Assembly (NCBI GenBank): GCA_963708075.1
Contig: OY970194.1
Coordinates: forward strand, 5,472,001 to 5,536,000
DNA: 64,000 nt
Direction of reading: 5' to 3'
Origin: Sedimentisphaerales bacterium
GTDB taxonomy: Bacteria > Planctomycetota > Phycisphaerae > Sedimentisphaerales > Anaerobacaceae
Shown: in pieces, positions 27,591-37,292 of the stretch
How positions within the stretch are numbered: the first letter of the stretch is position 1
How the letters are laid out: each line of letters begins with the position of its first letter
The notes under the pieces: generated by a model
Seen by the model: the letters and a program-made list of their open reading frames with translations, nothing else
Database searches by the model: none
Told to the model about the DNA's origin: nothing
Made by a program: the position numbers and the translations under genes

Positions 27591-28364
27591 TCAAAAAGCT
27601 CCATGCTTCTCGGCTCTATCATCCTTGATTCGCCCCAAATATCTCTTTACAAATGCAGCGTACTGCTCGGGGGTATCGATGCCCTCGCAGGTGTGCTCGA
27701 CCTTGCCGACGAGAATCGTGAAGCCGTTCTCGATGGCCCGGAGTTGCTCCAACTTCTCCAGCTTCTCCAACAGCGTCTGCGGCAGCGCGGTGATCCTCAA
27801 TAGAAAATCCCTGCGATAGGCGTAGATTCCAATATGACGCAGATAATGACTCACATCGCCCACGCCCGCATGCTCCCGGTCATAGGGAATGGGACTTCGG
27901 GAGAAATAGATCGCTTTTCCTCTCGCGTCCACTATTACCTTTACCACGTTGGGGTCGGCGATTTGTTCACGAGTCGTAAAGGCGGCCGCTAATGTGGCCA
28001 TCGGGGCATCGGGGTTGTCGAGCAACAGCCGGGTTAAGTAATCGATGTGCTCGGGATTGATCTGGGGCTCATCGCCCTGGACGTTGATCACGATCTCGGC
28101 GTCGCTCTCGCCGACGGCCTCGGCGATACGGTCTGTGCCGCTCTGGTGATTCGGCGAGGTCAGGATGCACTCGGCGCCGAACGTGCGGGCGGCCTGCACG
28201 ATCTTTTCATCGTCGGCGGCGATCACCACGCGTTGCGGCAGCTTCGCCTTGCGGGCCTGCTCCCACGTGTGCTGGATGAGGTACTTGCCCGTATCTTGGG
28301 CGAGAACTTTCGCGGGGAATCTGGTGGACGCGTAGCGAGCCGGAATACAGACTACAATTTTCAC
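27591..28364 (-). CDS. kdsB: 3-deoxy-manno-octulosonate cytidylyltransferase
   Basis: IPARYASTRFP.K.L, HQSGTDRIAE, NVQGDEP, DPNVVKV, YFSRSPIP, HIGIYAY, LEKLEQLRAIENG. Confidence 0.97.
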   Translation of the reverse strand: MKIVVCIPARYASTRFPAKVLAQDTGKYLIQHTWEQARKAKLPQRVVIAADDEKIVQAARTFGAECILTSPNHQSGTDRIAEAVGESDAEIVINVQGDEPQINPEHIDYLTRLLLDNPDAPMATLAAAFTTREQIADPNVVKVIVDARGKAIYFSRSPIPYDREHAGVGDVSHYLRHIGIYAYRRDFLLRITALPQTLLEKLEKLEQLRAIENGFTILVGKVEHTCEGIDTPEQYAAFVKRYLGRIKDDRAEKHGAF

Positions 28365-28756
28365 AGTGCCCTACATCCGAACGCCAACCCTCTTGCACGA
28401 CGATTCGGTAACGCATTCAACTCGGAAAGGACCTTCCCGTTGTGGCGACATGCCCCAACACGTACAGCCGCTATGATAAGCGTTGGGCCCAGCCGTGTCA
28501 ACGGCTGGACCGATTGATTATTGATGATGGATGATTGGTGTACACGGTGGCCTGACCATGCGCAGGGAGGCCTCTCACCCCCAGCCGGATTCCCCGGCCA
28601 TGCTCTGAATGACAAGGAAAGCTGCACTCGCCTCCACAATAATCCATCATTAATCATCCATCATCCATGCGTCGCGGGGCTTGCAGTCTGCGGAGGGGGG
28701 AGTATACTGCATCGACGGTTGGTTTGGGGCATTCAGCAGAATTAAGGGGATTTTGC

Positions 28757-30463
28757 ATGACGGCAGGTATTCTCGCCGCGGGTCGCATGGCCATCGGGAC
28801 CGCCGATCTGGCCGTAATCGTTCTCTATCTCGTGGTCATTGTGGGCTTGGGCTGCTGGGTGGGCCTGCGCCGCCGCAAGGGCGAAGTGGGCCGAAGCTAC
28901 TTCCTCGCCGGCGGCACGCTGACCTGGCCGATCATCGGCCTGGCCCTGTTCTCCACGAACATCTCGACCATCCACCTGGTCAGCCAGGCCCAGGAAGGCT
29001 ACATGAACGGCTTGGCCTACGGCAACTTCGAGTGGATGGCGCCGTTTCTGCTGATTACCCTGTCGCTGTTCTTTGCCCCGTTCTACTTCCGGTCGAAGGT
29101 CGCGACGTTGCCGGACTTCCTGGAGCAAAGGTACAGCCGGGGCGCTCGGGACTGGCTGGCCGTGCTGTCTATCGTCTCGGCCATCGTGATTCACATTGGA
29201 TTCACGCTCTACACCGGCGCTGTCGTGCTGGAGGGCCTGTTCGGCGTTCCCATCATGTACAGCATCGTGATTGCCGCCGTACTGACGGGCCTGTACACGA
29301 TCGTTGGCGGCCTCCTGGCGGTGGTGCTTACGGAGTCGCTGCAGACGATCATCCTGCTGGCCGGCGCGATTACGATCACGGCGGTGGCGTACGTCAAGGC
29401 AGGCGGCTGGTCGGGGATTACGGCGAACGTCGATCCGGTGAAGCTGACGATGCTTCGCCCGAAGGGCGATCCCGCGAACCTGCCTTGGCTGTCGGTCTTC
29501 CTGGGTTATCCGGTGATCGGGCTGTGGTACTGGTGCGCCGACCAGACGATTGTCCAGCGTGTGCTTGGGGCCAAGGACGAGAACCACGCCCGGGTCGGAC
29601 CGCTCTTTGCCGGGTTCATCAAGATCCTGCCCGTATTCATCTTCGTCTTCCCCGGGACGATTGCCTTGGCGCTGATCAAACAGGGCAAGCTGCCGCCGCT
29701 GGAGGACTCGAAGGATGTCTATGCGTTCATGATCACGAATCTTCTGCCGTCTGGCCTGAAGGGCCTGATGGCGGCGGCCCTGCTGGCGGCCCTGATGAGC
29801 ACGGTCTCCGGAGCGCTGAACTCCATCGCGACGCTGTTCAGCTACGACCTGTATCGGCGGTGGCGGCCGAATACGCCGGACCGTCAACTGGTCATCATCG
29901 GCCGGATCGCCACCTTTGTCGCGATGGTTCTCGCCATCCTGTGGTCGCCGTTCATCGCCAAGTTCGAGAGCATCTACCAGGGCTCGAATACGGTGATCTG
30001 CTACATCGCGCCGCCGATTACGACGGTATTCATCTGGGGCGTGTTCTGGCGTCGGGCGTCGAGCCGGGGGGCCCTGGCCACGTTGACCATAGGATCGTTC
30101 CTTGGCCTAGTGGTGTTCCTGCTGGATTGGTTCAAGGACAAAACGCCAGCCTTTGTCGCGAGGCCTGCTGAGTGGATAGCAGGTCGCTTCGGATGGGAGT
30201 TGTCTGAGCGGTTTTATGCGGGTACCGGTTGGCCGGTTCAGTTCATGTACGCGGCGTTCGGCCTGTTCGTGATTTGCTCGGCCGTTCTGGTGGTCACCTC
30301 CCTGATCTGGCCGCACAAGCACACGCCGCAGAGCGAGAAGCTCGTCTGGAAGCACCCCTGGGAGGCCCTGAGCAGTCCCGGCTGGAAAGGAGTGCTCAAT
30401 TACAAGCTCCTGGCGGGTGTGCTCTTTGTCGTGATGGTCACGCTCTATATCGTTTTCGCGTAG
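28757..30463 (+). CDS. Sodium:solute symporter (SGLT-like)
   Basis: YFLAGGTLTWP.IG.ALFSTNIS, TLPDFLEQRY, GGL.AVV.TE, WYWCADQTIVQRVL, AALMST.SG.LNS. Confidence 0.94.
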   Translation: MTAGILAAGRMAIGTADLAVIVLYLVVIVGLGCWVGLRRRKGEVGRSYFLAGGTLTWPIIGLALFSTNISTIHLVSQAQEGYMNGLAYGNFEWMAPFLLITLSLFFAPFYFRSKVATLPDFLEQRYSRGARDWLAVLSIVSAIVIHIGFTLYTGAVVLEGLFGVPIMYSIVIAAVLTGLYTIVGGLLAVVLTESLQTIILLAGAITITAVAYVKAGGWSGITANVDPVKLTMLRPKGDPANLPWLSVFLGYPVIGLWYWCADQTIVQRVLGAKDENHARVGPLFAGFIKILPVFIFVFPGTIALALIKQGKLPPLEDSKDVYAFMITNLLPSGLKGLMAAALLAALMSTVSGALNSIATLFSYDLYRRWRPNTPDRQLVIIGRIATFVAMVLAILWSPFIAKFESIYQGSNTVICYIAPPITTVFIWGVFWRRASSRGALATLTIGSFLGLVVFLLDWFKDKTPAFVARPAEWIAGRFGWELSERFYAGTGWPVQFMYAAFGLFVICSAVLVVTSLIWPHKHTPQSEKLVWKHPWEALSSPGWKGVLNYKLLAGVLFVVMVTLYIVFA

Positions 30464-30599
30464 GCGTGAGTGGAATCGGCCCGAAGAGGCTTCGACGGAA
30501 CGGGCCTTTCCGTATGTCACCCCCGCGCAGGCGGGGGTCCGGAATGGTGCCGAACGTAGCTGGATTCCCGATCCTCTGAAGAAAGCGGGGGATCGATAT

Positions 30600-30673
30600 G
30601 TAGGGTGGGTTCTCAACCCACGCGTCAAGAACGTTTCGCTCCGATAACCGCGTGGGTCAAGGACCCACCCTAC
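30600..30673. repeat. GTAG-type REP doublet, family A
   Basis: GTAGGGTGGGTTCTCAACCCACGCG...CGCGTGGGTCAAGGACCCACCCTAC. Confidence 0.9.
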
Positions 30674-30732
30674 AAGCGGCGCTCAAGTTAGATGTATGTG
30701 ATTGAGTCATTCACTTTTCAGGAGGTTGTCCC

Positions 30733-31542
30733 ATGGGACTTAGGAGAAGTCCGAGTTTGACGGTTCTGATGGTTGCCCTGGCGGCGATCCTTCTGGCGGG
30801 GTGCTGCTCGAAGTGTTCGAGGTGCCCGTTTGCCAAGCCGCAGGTCCAGCGGCATGGGGCCGTGATCGCCATCCCCGCCGAGAGCATCCCGGAGTACAAG
30901 CGGCTGCACGCGGACACCTGGCCCGGCGTCCTCAAGGCCATCGACAAGGCCAATATCCACAACTACTCGATCTACCTCGGCGAGGTCGCTCCCGGTGAGC
31001 ACTACCTGTTCAGCTACTCCGAGTACACCGGCCGGAACTACAAGGCGGACACGGCCAAGATCGCCAAAGACAAGACCACGCAGGAGTGGTGGAAGCACAC
31101 CGACCCCCTGCAAAAGCCCCTGCCGACGAAGAAGGAGGGCGAGTGGTGGGCGGCGTGGGAAGAGGTTTTCCATCATACCGGCCCGGCGTATAAGAAGAGC
31201 GACATCAAGTCGCGACATGGCTCGATCATCGGCATGCCCGAGAAGAACATCCTCGCCTACACGCAGTTGCACGCGGCGGTCTGGCCCGGCGTGCTCGCGG
31301 CCATCGACAAGGCCAACATCCGCAACTACTCCATCTACCTCGGCCAGGTCAAGCCCGGCGAGTACCTGCTCTTCAGCTACTTCGAGTACGTCGGGGACGA
31401 CTTCAAAGCCGACATGGCGGGCATCGCCGACAAGGTGACCAAGACCTGGTGGAGCTACACCGATCCGCTGCAGATCCGCCTGCCCGGCACGCCCGAGGGC
31501 GAGCAGTGGAAAGGCACGGAAGAGGTTTTCCACACGAACTGA
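30733..31542 (+). CDS. Lipoprotein with two tandem L-rhamnose mutarotase (RhaM/DUF718) domains
   Basis: Lipobox LAG|C; two copies of Y..LH...WPGVL.AIDKANI.NYSIYL...LFSY.EY.G.....D.A.IA....T..WW..TDPLQ...W...EEVFH. Confidence 0.88.
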   Translation: MGLRRSPSLTVLMVALAAILLAGCCSKCSRCPFAKPQVQRHGAVIAIPAESIPEYKRLHADTWPGVLKAIDKANIHNYSIYLGEVAPGEHYLFSYSEYTGRNYKADTAKIAKDKTTQEWWKHTDPLQKPLPTKKEGEWWAAWEEVFHHTGPAYKKSDIKSRHGSIIGMPEKNILAYTQLHAAVWPGVLAAIDKANIRNYSIYLGQVKPGEYLLFSYFEYVGDDFKADMAGIADKVTKTWWSYTDPLQIRLPGTPEGEQWKGTEEVFHTN

Positions 31543-31552
31543 AGAAGAATGA

Positions 31553-31587
31553 GTCCTATAGGTCCTATTCGTCCTATACGTCCTATG
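31553..31587. repeat. Degenerate 9-nt tandem repeat (GTCCTATnn)x4
   Basis: gtcctatag gtcctattc gtcctatac gtcctatg; similar array at 25754-25791. Confidence 0.75.
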
Positions 31588-31607
31588 CTCTTTTGAGGGC
31601 CCAAGCC

Positions 31608-32033
31608 ATGCTTAAGAACGTCCCCCCGATCCTGTCGCCGGAACTGATGAAGACTCTGATGGAGATGGGCCACGGCGACGAGATTGTGCTGGCCGACGGC
31701 AATTTTCCGGCCGCCAGTGTCGCGCGCCGTCTGGTCCGCTGTGACGGTCACGGCGTGCCCGAGCTGCTGGAAGCCGTCCTGAAGCTCTTGCCCCTGGATA
31801 TCTACGTGGACCGGCCGGTCGGCTTGATGGCCGTCGTACCGGGCGACAAAACAAAGCCAACCATCTGGGAACAGTACCGGACGATCCTCAAAAACAGCGG
31901 CGAGAAGTTCTCCGACTTCGAATTCATCGAGCGGTTCGCCTTCTACGAGCGGGCCAGACAGGCCTACGCCGTCGTCGCGACCAGCGAAAAGGCCCTCTAC
32001 GCCAACGTCATCCTGAAAAAAGGAGTCCTCTGA
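31608..32033 (+). CDS. fucU: RbsD/FucU family L-fucose mutarotase
   Basis: MLK.VPPILSPEL...L.EMGHGDEIVLADGNFP, ERFAFYERA..AYAVVATSE.ALYANVILKKGV. Confidence 0.93.
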   Translation: MLKNVPPILSPELMKTLMEMGHGDEIVLADGNFPAASVARRLVRCDGHGVPELLEAVLKLLPLDIYVDRPVGLMAVVPGDKTKPTIWEQYRTILKNSGEKFSDFEFIERFAFYERARQAYAVVATSEKALYANVILKKGVL

Positions 32034-32207
32034 AGAGCGTTGAACTGCCTGACAGTAGGCGAGTGGTCTCAGACTGTGGGCGCTGGGCCATGATCGGGGG
32101 ACAGGGCGCACACGCCTTTGCTGGCTTATCTGAGCCAGTCCTATCTGTGGCACCAGAGAGCGGTATCCGGAGACGCAACATTATCCTGCAAAAAATAGAA
32201 AAGATCC

Positions 32208-32235
32208 TTGACACTGCGGGCGAATGTCCCACAAT
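32208..32235 (+). promoter_or_regulatory. Putative sigma70 promoter of the lower-GC island
   Basis: TTGACA-N16-CACAAT preceded by an A-tract (AAAAAATAGAAAA). Confidence 0.45.
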
Positions 32236-32582
32236 GGCAATCGTTGCGTTGCGCGAGGCAACCGGGCTGCGGAGAACGAGCCCAACTGATGAGACTATCT
32301 TGGTGCGCAGGTGAATTGAGCAGTTCTCATACAGATGCTTTGAGGGAACATCTCCTACCATAGCGCGATAGAATCCAGAGGTGCCTTAGGCGAAAGCCAA
32401 CGCGGATCCCTCCGCGAATGGGTGGTGCATGGGGACTTCTCAGAATGTGCGCATCCATTTCGTGCGCGTTCCGTATCGTTCCGTATGGGTGAAAGGTGGT
32501 GGTGTCTTATGAAATAACACAATTGTGCGCGTACAAAAGAATTTGGTCGGAGAAAGTGCAACTTTTTGTAGGGAGGCGAATC

Positions 32583-33512
32583 ATGAAGGTCGAAGTCTAC
32601 AAACTGATTCTCGGGTTGGTCTTAGTCAGCCTTATGGGATTGTTGTACAGCGACGATTGCTTCGGTTACGAGTATGAGTATACGTGGAGTTGGGATATCA
32701 GCAACCCTGAACCAGAAAGCTGGAGCGTCGCTCAGATGGGCTCTGGGTGGAAGTATTACGTAGCGCGGGGCCATTCGGGAGATGCGACGGCCGATCCAGC
32801 CCCAGAAGATCCCGAACAAGACCCACCTCCCGCACAAATTGATTTTTCGTGCCTCGCCAGTGCATATGCCAACGCGGACGTCTTGAATCTATCTTCCGGC
32901 AGCCTAAGCGCGAGCCATCAGTCGGGGTCGGGTGTCCGCGAGTGGTGGGATTGGACTGGTCCCGCCGGTAGCGAGCCCAACGTAAGATTCGTGATTAGCT
33001 ACGAGTACGGTGGAGACAGTGGTGCTTCAGCTGAGGTGCATGGGGAAGGCGTTTCCAGCGATCAACTAGGACCGGGGTGCGCAGGATGCTCGTACGCTGA
33101 GACAAACGCCGGTGGAGGCATGGCGGGCAATGATTATGAGTATCCCATCGTGGATTTCGCGGCACGTGGCCAAGGAGGGGGATATCTGGGCGGGACAGCA
33201 TTCGCGTGGGGTTCCGCGTACATTGACCCAGAGCTATCGGGCGATTGGACATCCATTGGGGACTCAGACCCCGGTGACTACATTTACGGTGGTGGGGCAA
33301 GCGTTGGCGTCGCTCGCCATGTCGGATCGTTTGGGACAACGTACAACATGCATCGTCTGAAGGTTTCACGAGGCGTTAGCTGCGACGCTCTTGCCGGCGC
33401 ATGGGCCTCATCGACGGGAGGCAGTGAAACATGGATTGCTGCTGGCCCAGCGGAGCCCGTCCACAGTGGTGCTGTGCTATATACAGACGTCGGCGTGGGG
33501 TGGGAGCCGTAA
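32583..33512 (+). CDS. Secreted Gly/Ser/Ala-rich hypothetical protein
   Basis: GGGAGG RBS, signal peptide, acidic aromatic-rich mature part; atypical codon usage. Confidence 0.7.
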   Translation: MKVEVYKLILGLVLVSLMGLLYSDDCFGYEYEYTWSWDISNPEPESWSVAQMGSGWKYYVARGHSGDATADPAPEDPEQDPPPAQIDFSCLASAYANADVLNLSSGSLSASHQSGSGVREWWDWTGPAGSEPNVRFVISYEYGGDSGASAEVHGEGVSSDQLGPGCAGCSYAETNAGGGMAGNDYEYPIVDFAARGQGGGYLGGTAFAWGSAYIDPELSGDWTSIGDSDPGDYIYGGGASVGVARHVGSFGTTYNMHRLKVSRGVSCDALAGAWASSTGGSETWIAAGPAEPVHSGAVLYTDVGVGWEP

Positions 33513-33724
33513 CTTCTGCCCAAGTAGCCCCTGATCTGATGGCTATACGGGAAAAGGTCTTCTTTGAGAGAGGTCTGATCGATGAGACATGTGTGCCGGG
33601 AACAAGCAGGACGATGATTGCTCGCGTTCCCGGCACATCCTCAATCCTCTCAGAGGATTCATCTGAATTGCGCTGTTGAGCGATTCGTTGAAACGCGGAT
33701 AGCTAACACATAGGAGGACTTAAG

Positions 33725-34045
33725 ATGCAGAGGTTTCAACCACAGTGGAAGCGATGTTTGTCAATTTGGCTTATTGCCGGTGTTCTCGCGAGCCTCAATC
33801 TGTTGATTTATTGCAGTACCAAGTCGAATGCTGGTGACACGACGAAGTATGTGCTCCAACAAGAGGGTGCCATATCCAGGCCTGCTGAGCAACAGGTTCC
33901 GCAGGCTAGGCCCCAGGCTGATGTTGGTGGAGTCTATGAAGCATCGCTCGAAATGAAGGAGAATGTGGATTTTCTTCTTACCCCAGCAATGGTGATGCAA
34001 GAAGTGGTGTCCTATGAGTCTGTGATTACTTATACCTCGGAGTAG
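33725..34045 (+). CDS. Hypothetical single-TM/exported protein
   Basis: AGGAGG RBS before the ATG; N-terminal hydrophobic segment. Confidence 0.6.
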   Translation: MQRFQPQWKRCLSIWLIAGVLASLNLLIYCSTKSNAGDTTKYVLQQEGAISRPAEQQVPQARPQADVGGVYEASLEMKENVDFLLTPAMVMQEVVSYESVITYTSE

Positions 34046-34054
34046 ACAAACGCT

Positions 34055-35827
34055 ATGAAAGTGGGTATGAATCATTCGTCAGTCACGCTCCCTGTCTCGG
34101 GTCCATTGATAGTCATGACCCTGGTTCTGAGTGGATTGACAAATGCCCAGGTGGTGGCCCCAACCGGCAAGGCGCTGGGTGTCCTTCGATTCGACGCGAT
34201 CCTCGAACTTAATGCTCCCATCATGGAGACCCATGTGGTTTTCTTTGCACGGTATTGGGTTGGTCGGGATCATTATAGCGTTGGAGTAGTCTGGGCGGAG
34301 CCACATGAGGGAAACATCAACTTCCCATGTTACCCTGTGACTCTGGCGATAGAAAGCGACCGGGAGAAGTTCAGTCTCTCGCATCAAGTGCACCAAGGTC
34401 CAAATGCGCCATTTCCAAAGCCTGTTGGAAGACGGGGCCTCTTTCAGCACAGATTCAACGCATACGACCTGAATGAAATCAGGTTTGCTGAGGCCGATGC
34501 CACAGCTTCCCGGCTTTACACCCCCGATTTGGATCTCTCTTCCCTCCCCCAGGACGGCTGGACAGAGCGTGAACTATCGAATCGTGGCGAGGGTGTCGGA
34601 GATATAGGAGATATCCGGAAAATCAAGATCTTGACGCGTAGTGGACGATTGGAGGAAATGACGCTACTGGACAAAGACAACGAGGTTCTTAAGACGGTTG
34701 ACTACGAGTGGCGCGAGACGGAGTCCGGGTGGGCTGTTCAGTCTGAGAGAATTGCGCTTCCCTCAAGGCTGCTCGCAGCGGGTGGCGAGGGGACTACGGT
34801 GACAGTCAAGATGCACGGCAAGGAGCGTGTGCTCAATGAATTCGCCATTCGCCATCACGCAGGCGGACGCAGTGCAACGGTCCAGTACGAATCCACGAAA
34901 TTGGGCAGCGAGACGATCACAGTACCCGTTCGCATCGTCGTCAAAAGGACTGCTGACGGCTTGCTGTTACGTTCTGTGCGCATGTTCAACTTTGCGCGCG
35001 TGAACCAAGGTGCGACTGAATGTGCCCAGGCGGCCCGGCGCTTTGCCGCCCTCAGCGGCGGCGAAGAGCGCTGTCGGCAGATGCTTCTTAAATACTGGTT
35101 GAAGGATCCGTCCGATGTCAATCAGGCGGATGCGGAGGTCCTTAAGTCACTGCATCTTGACTTCACGCGCCAAGCTACCGAGGAAATAGAACCCGCTATG
35201 GCTCTAAAGCGCATCAACAAGTGCTTTGAAGTGGATTGGATGCTTGGAGATGGGACCACCCTGAAGACCGACTATTCGCACTACCTATCCATCTTGAAAG
35301 AATCGGACTTGAGCAAGACCATGTTGTTCGGGGGGTGGAGTGTGATCGAAACTAGTGTAAGGTGGGGTTTCCTTCGCCCGGCGAACGAGATGCTGCGCAC
35401 CTGGGTCGATGCAGTAGTCCCGATGCAGAATGTGGATTCTCTCCTCGAATTTGCACATTCGCAGTGTGAGCGTTCCCGTCTGTGGAGCACTGTTGTCCTG
35501 GCAGAGAGGTTACGTCAGAGCCCCTGTAGCACGGAACAGCGCTTTGAGATAGAGGCTTTGCGCTGTGAAGCGATCATAAAGTTGGTGACATCAATCGAGC
35601 GTGCTGAGGCTGTCAAAAGCGATTTCGTTGTTATGCAAGCGGGGTGGGTGGCATCGCAAATTGACTTGGCGACGCTTCGCAAGATGGGACGTGAAAGCTT
35701 GGCCGAGAGTAAGCTTCTCTATGCCCGGCTCACTGAACCATCGAACAGGTGCAACGCTCTTAAAAGCCGGATCGAAATGACGGCTCAACGCGTTTTAGAG
35801 AAGAACGCCTCCCAGGAGGACCAGTAG
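34055..35827 (+). CDS. Exported hypothetical protein (beta-rich N-half, helical C-half)
   Basis: 590-aa ORF with signal-like N-terminus (TNA|Q); no family recognised. Confidence 0.72.
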   Translation: MKVGMNHSSVTLPVSGPLIVMTLVLSGLTNAQVVAPTGKALGVLRFDAILELNAPIMETHVVFFARYWVGRDHYSVGVVWAEPHEGNINFPCYPVTLAIESDREKFSLSHQVHQGPNAPFPKPVGRRGLFQHRFNAYDLNEIRFAEADATASRLYTPDLDLSSLPQDGWTERELSNRGEGVGDIGDIRKIKILTRSGRLEEMTLLDKDNEVLKTVDYEWRETESGWAVQSERIALPSRLLAAGGEGTTVTVKMHGKERVLNEFAIRHHAGGRSATVQYESTKLGSETITVPVRIVVKRTADGLLLRSVRMFNFARVNQGATECAQAARRFAALSGGEERCRQMLLKYWLKDPSDVNQADAEVLKSLHLDFTRQATEEIEPAMALKRINKCFEVDWMLGDGTTLKTDYSHYLSILKESDLSKTMLFGGWSVIETSVRWGFLRPANEMLRTWVDAVVPMQNVDSLLEFAHSQCERSRLWSTVVLAERLRQSPCSTEQRFEIEALRCEAIIKLVTSIERAEAVKSDFVVMQAGWVASQIDLATLRKMGRESLAESKLLYARLTEPSNRCNALKSRIEMTAQRVLEKNASQEDQ

Positions 35828-36020
35828 CGACCTCGCCCTCCCGCTCCAATGCCGAGAGGTTATTCCTTACCGATGGCACGCCATTTCGCGGGGAAACGGC
35901 CATGAACATACTCTCTCGTTGGAAGTCATAGCCCAAGAGTCCATAAGAAACTGCCGGGATCAGTCCAATCCGCGATCGCAAATCCGCAATCTGGCCGTCC
36001 CATAATCTGCAACTGGGCCC

Positions 36021-36049
36021 TTGACACGCGGGCGGGGCGGGGGTAGAAT
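36021..36049 (+). promoter_or_regulatory. Near-consensus sigma70 promoter
   Basis: TTGACA-N17-TAGAAT about 290 nt upstream of 36339. Confidence 0.65.
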
Positions 36050-36338
36050 TGATGGTTCGGTGAAGGACTGTCTCAATCGTGGGCCGGCACCGGGTGGAGT
36101 GGTTTAATCCGGCACGGCGGACAGCCTTTTGCATCTCATTGCGGCAGAAAAGGGTAAAAACATCGCACGGGAAGTGCCGAAGAAGGGAACAGTTATCGAG
36201 GCACGCGCATCTGTGCTTGGTACTGCGGCGGAATCGTGGGTGCAGCAGATCCATGGCAGGGCCAATGATGCATCCGGAGACTGCCGGTGGTGGGTAGAAT
36301 CGCCCATGTGGCGATAGAAGCTGATAAGGAGCCGCACA

Positions 36339-37199
36339 ATGGGTAAGCGTAAAGCGTTCACGCTGATCGAGTTGCTGGTTGTCATCGCGATCATCGCACT
36401 GCTGATGTCCATCCTCATGCCGGCCCTCGGCCGCGTGAGGAGGCAGGCCCGAGCAACAGCCTGCCTGGCGCAGCTCAAACAGTGGGGTTTGGCGTTTTCC
36501 CTGTATTGCCAGGACAACGACGGGTATTTCTTTAGCGGGGAGGTCCAGGGAGGCACCGCCAGCGTCGCCGCCACCATCGACGGAGTGACGAAATCGTGGA
36601 ATATAGGATCCGGCGGATTCTGGCGAATCACCATGGCGCCGTACTCCAAGGACCCGAAGATGTGGTGCTGCCCCCAGGCCCTCAAACCACTACCGGCCAA
36701 CAGTGCCACTATACCAGCAGGCGGCTGGACGTACGTGGCATGGAAGGTGGACGGCACCGTAGGCAGCTACGGCCTCAACGGCTGGGTCCTGAATTGCAAA
36801 GCCGCGAAGCAACCGGGCAACCGCACGACTGTATGGGGGCGGGCGGACAATGGTCGGCATTGGGGCGCCCCTCCGTCCCAGTACAGCAACGACGTGCCCG
36901 TATTTTCAGAGGGTTGGTGGGTGGACTTCTGGCCGCTTGACATTGACAACCCGCCGGCAGTCGAAGGGGGCCCGCAGGATATTGTCGGTCGCGACGAGAT
37001 GATCCGCGCTTGTGTCAATCGGCACGACGGCTTTGCGAACTCCGTATTCTGCGACTGGAGCGTAAGGAAGGTCGGCCTCAAGGAGCTGTGGACCCTCAAG
37101 TGGCACAAGACCTACAACACCCGCGGGCACTATACGAAGGGCGGCGGGATAATTGAGTCGGAATGGCCGCAGTGGATGAGGCACTTCAAGGAATACTGA
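36339..37199 (+). CDS. Prepilin-type N-terminal cleavage/methylation protein (DUF1559/H-X9-DG-like)
   Basis: [29 protein letters not shown]....C...LKQ; SYGLN; RHDGFANSVFCDWSV. Confidence 0.9.
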   Translation: MGKRKAFTLIELLVVIAIIALLMSILMPALGRVRRQARATACLAQLKQWGLAFSLYCQDNDGYFFSGEVQGGTASVAATIDGVTKSWNIGSGGFWRITMAPYSKDPKMWCCPQALKPLPANSATIPAGGWTYVAWKVDGTVGSYGLNGWVLNCKAAKQPGNRTTVWGRADNGRHWGAPPSQYSNDVPVFSEGWWVDFWPLDIDNPPAVEGGPQDIVGRDEMIRACVNRHDGFANSVFCDWSVRKVGLKELWTLKWHKTYNTRGHYTKGGGIIESEWPQWMRHFKEY

Positions 37200-37292
37200 C
37201 AAATGATTGCCGATCCGGGCCTTCATGCGATGGCTGGGCGGTGTTTTTGACGATAGTGGGTGCTGACGCAGAATCGTGTAAGGAGCCGTACT

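Noticed and set aside
32385..32420. GGC-GAAA-GCC and CGCGG...CCGCG hairpins as an ncRNA
   Set aside because: The stems are too short and match no RNA family I recognise.
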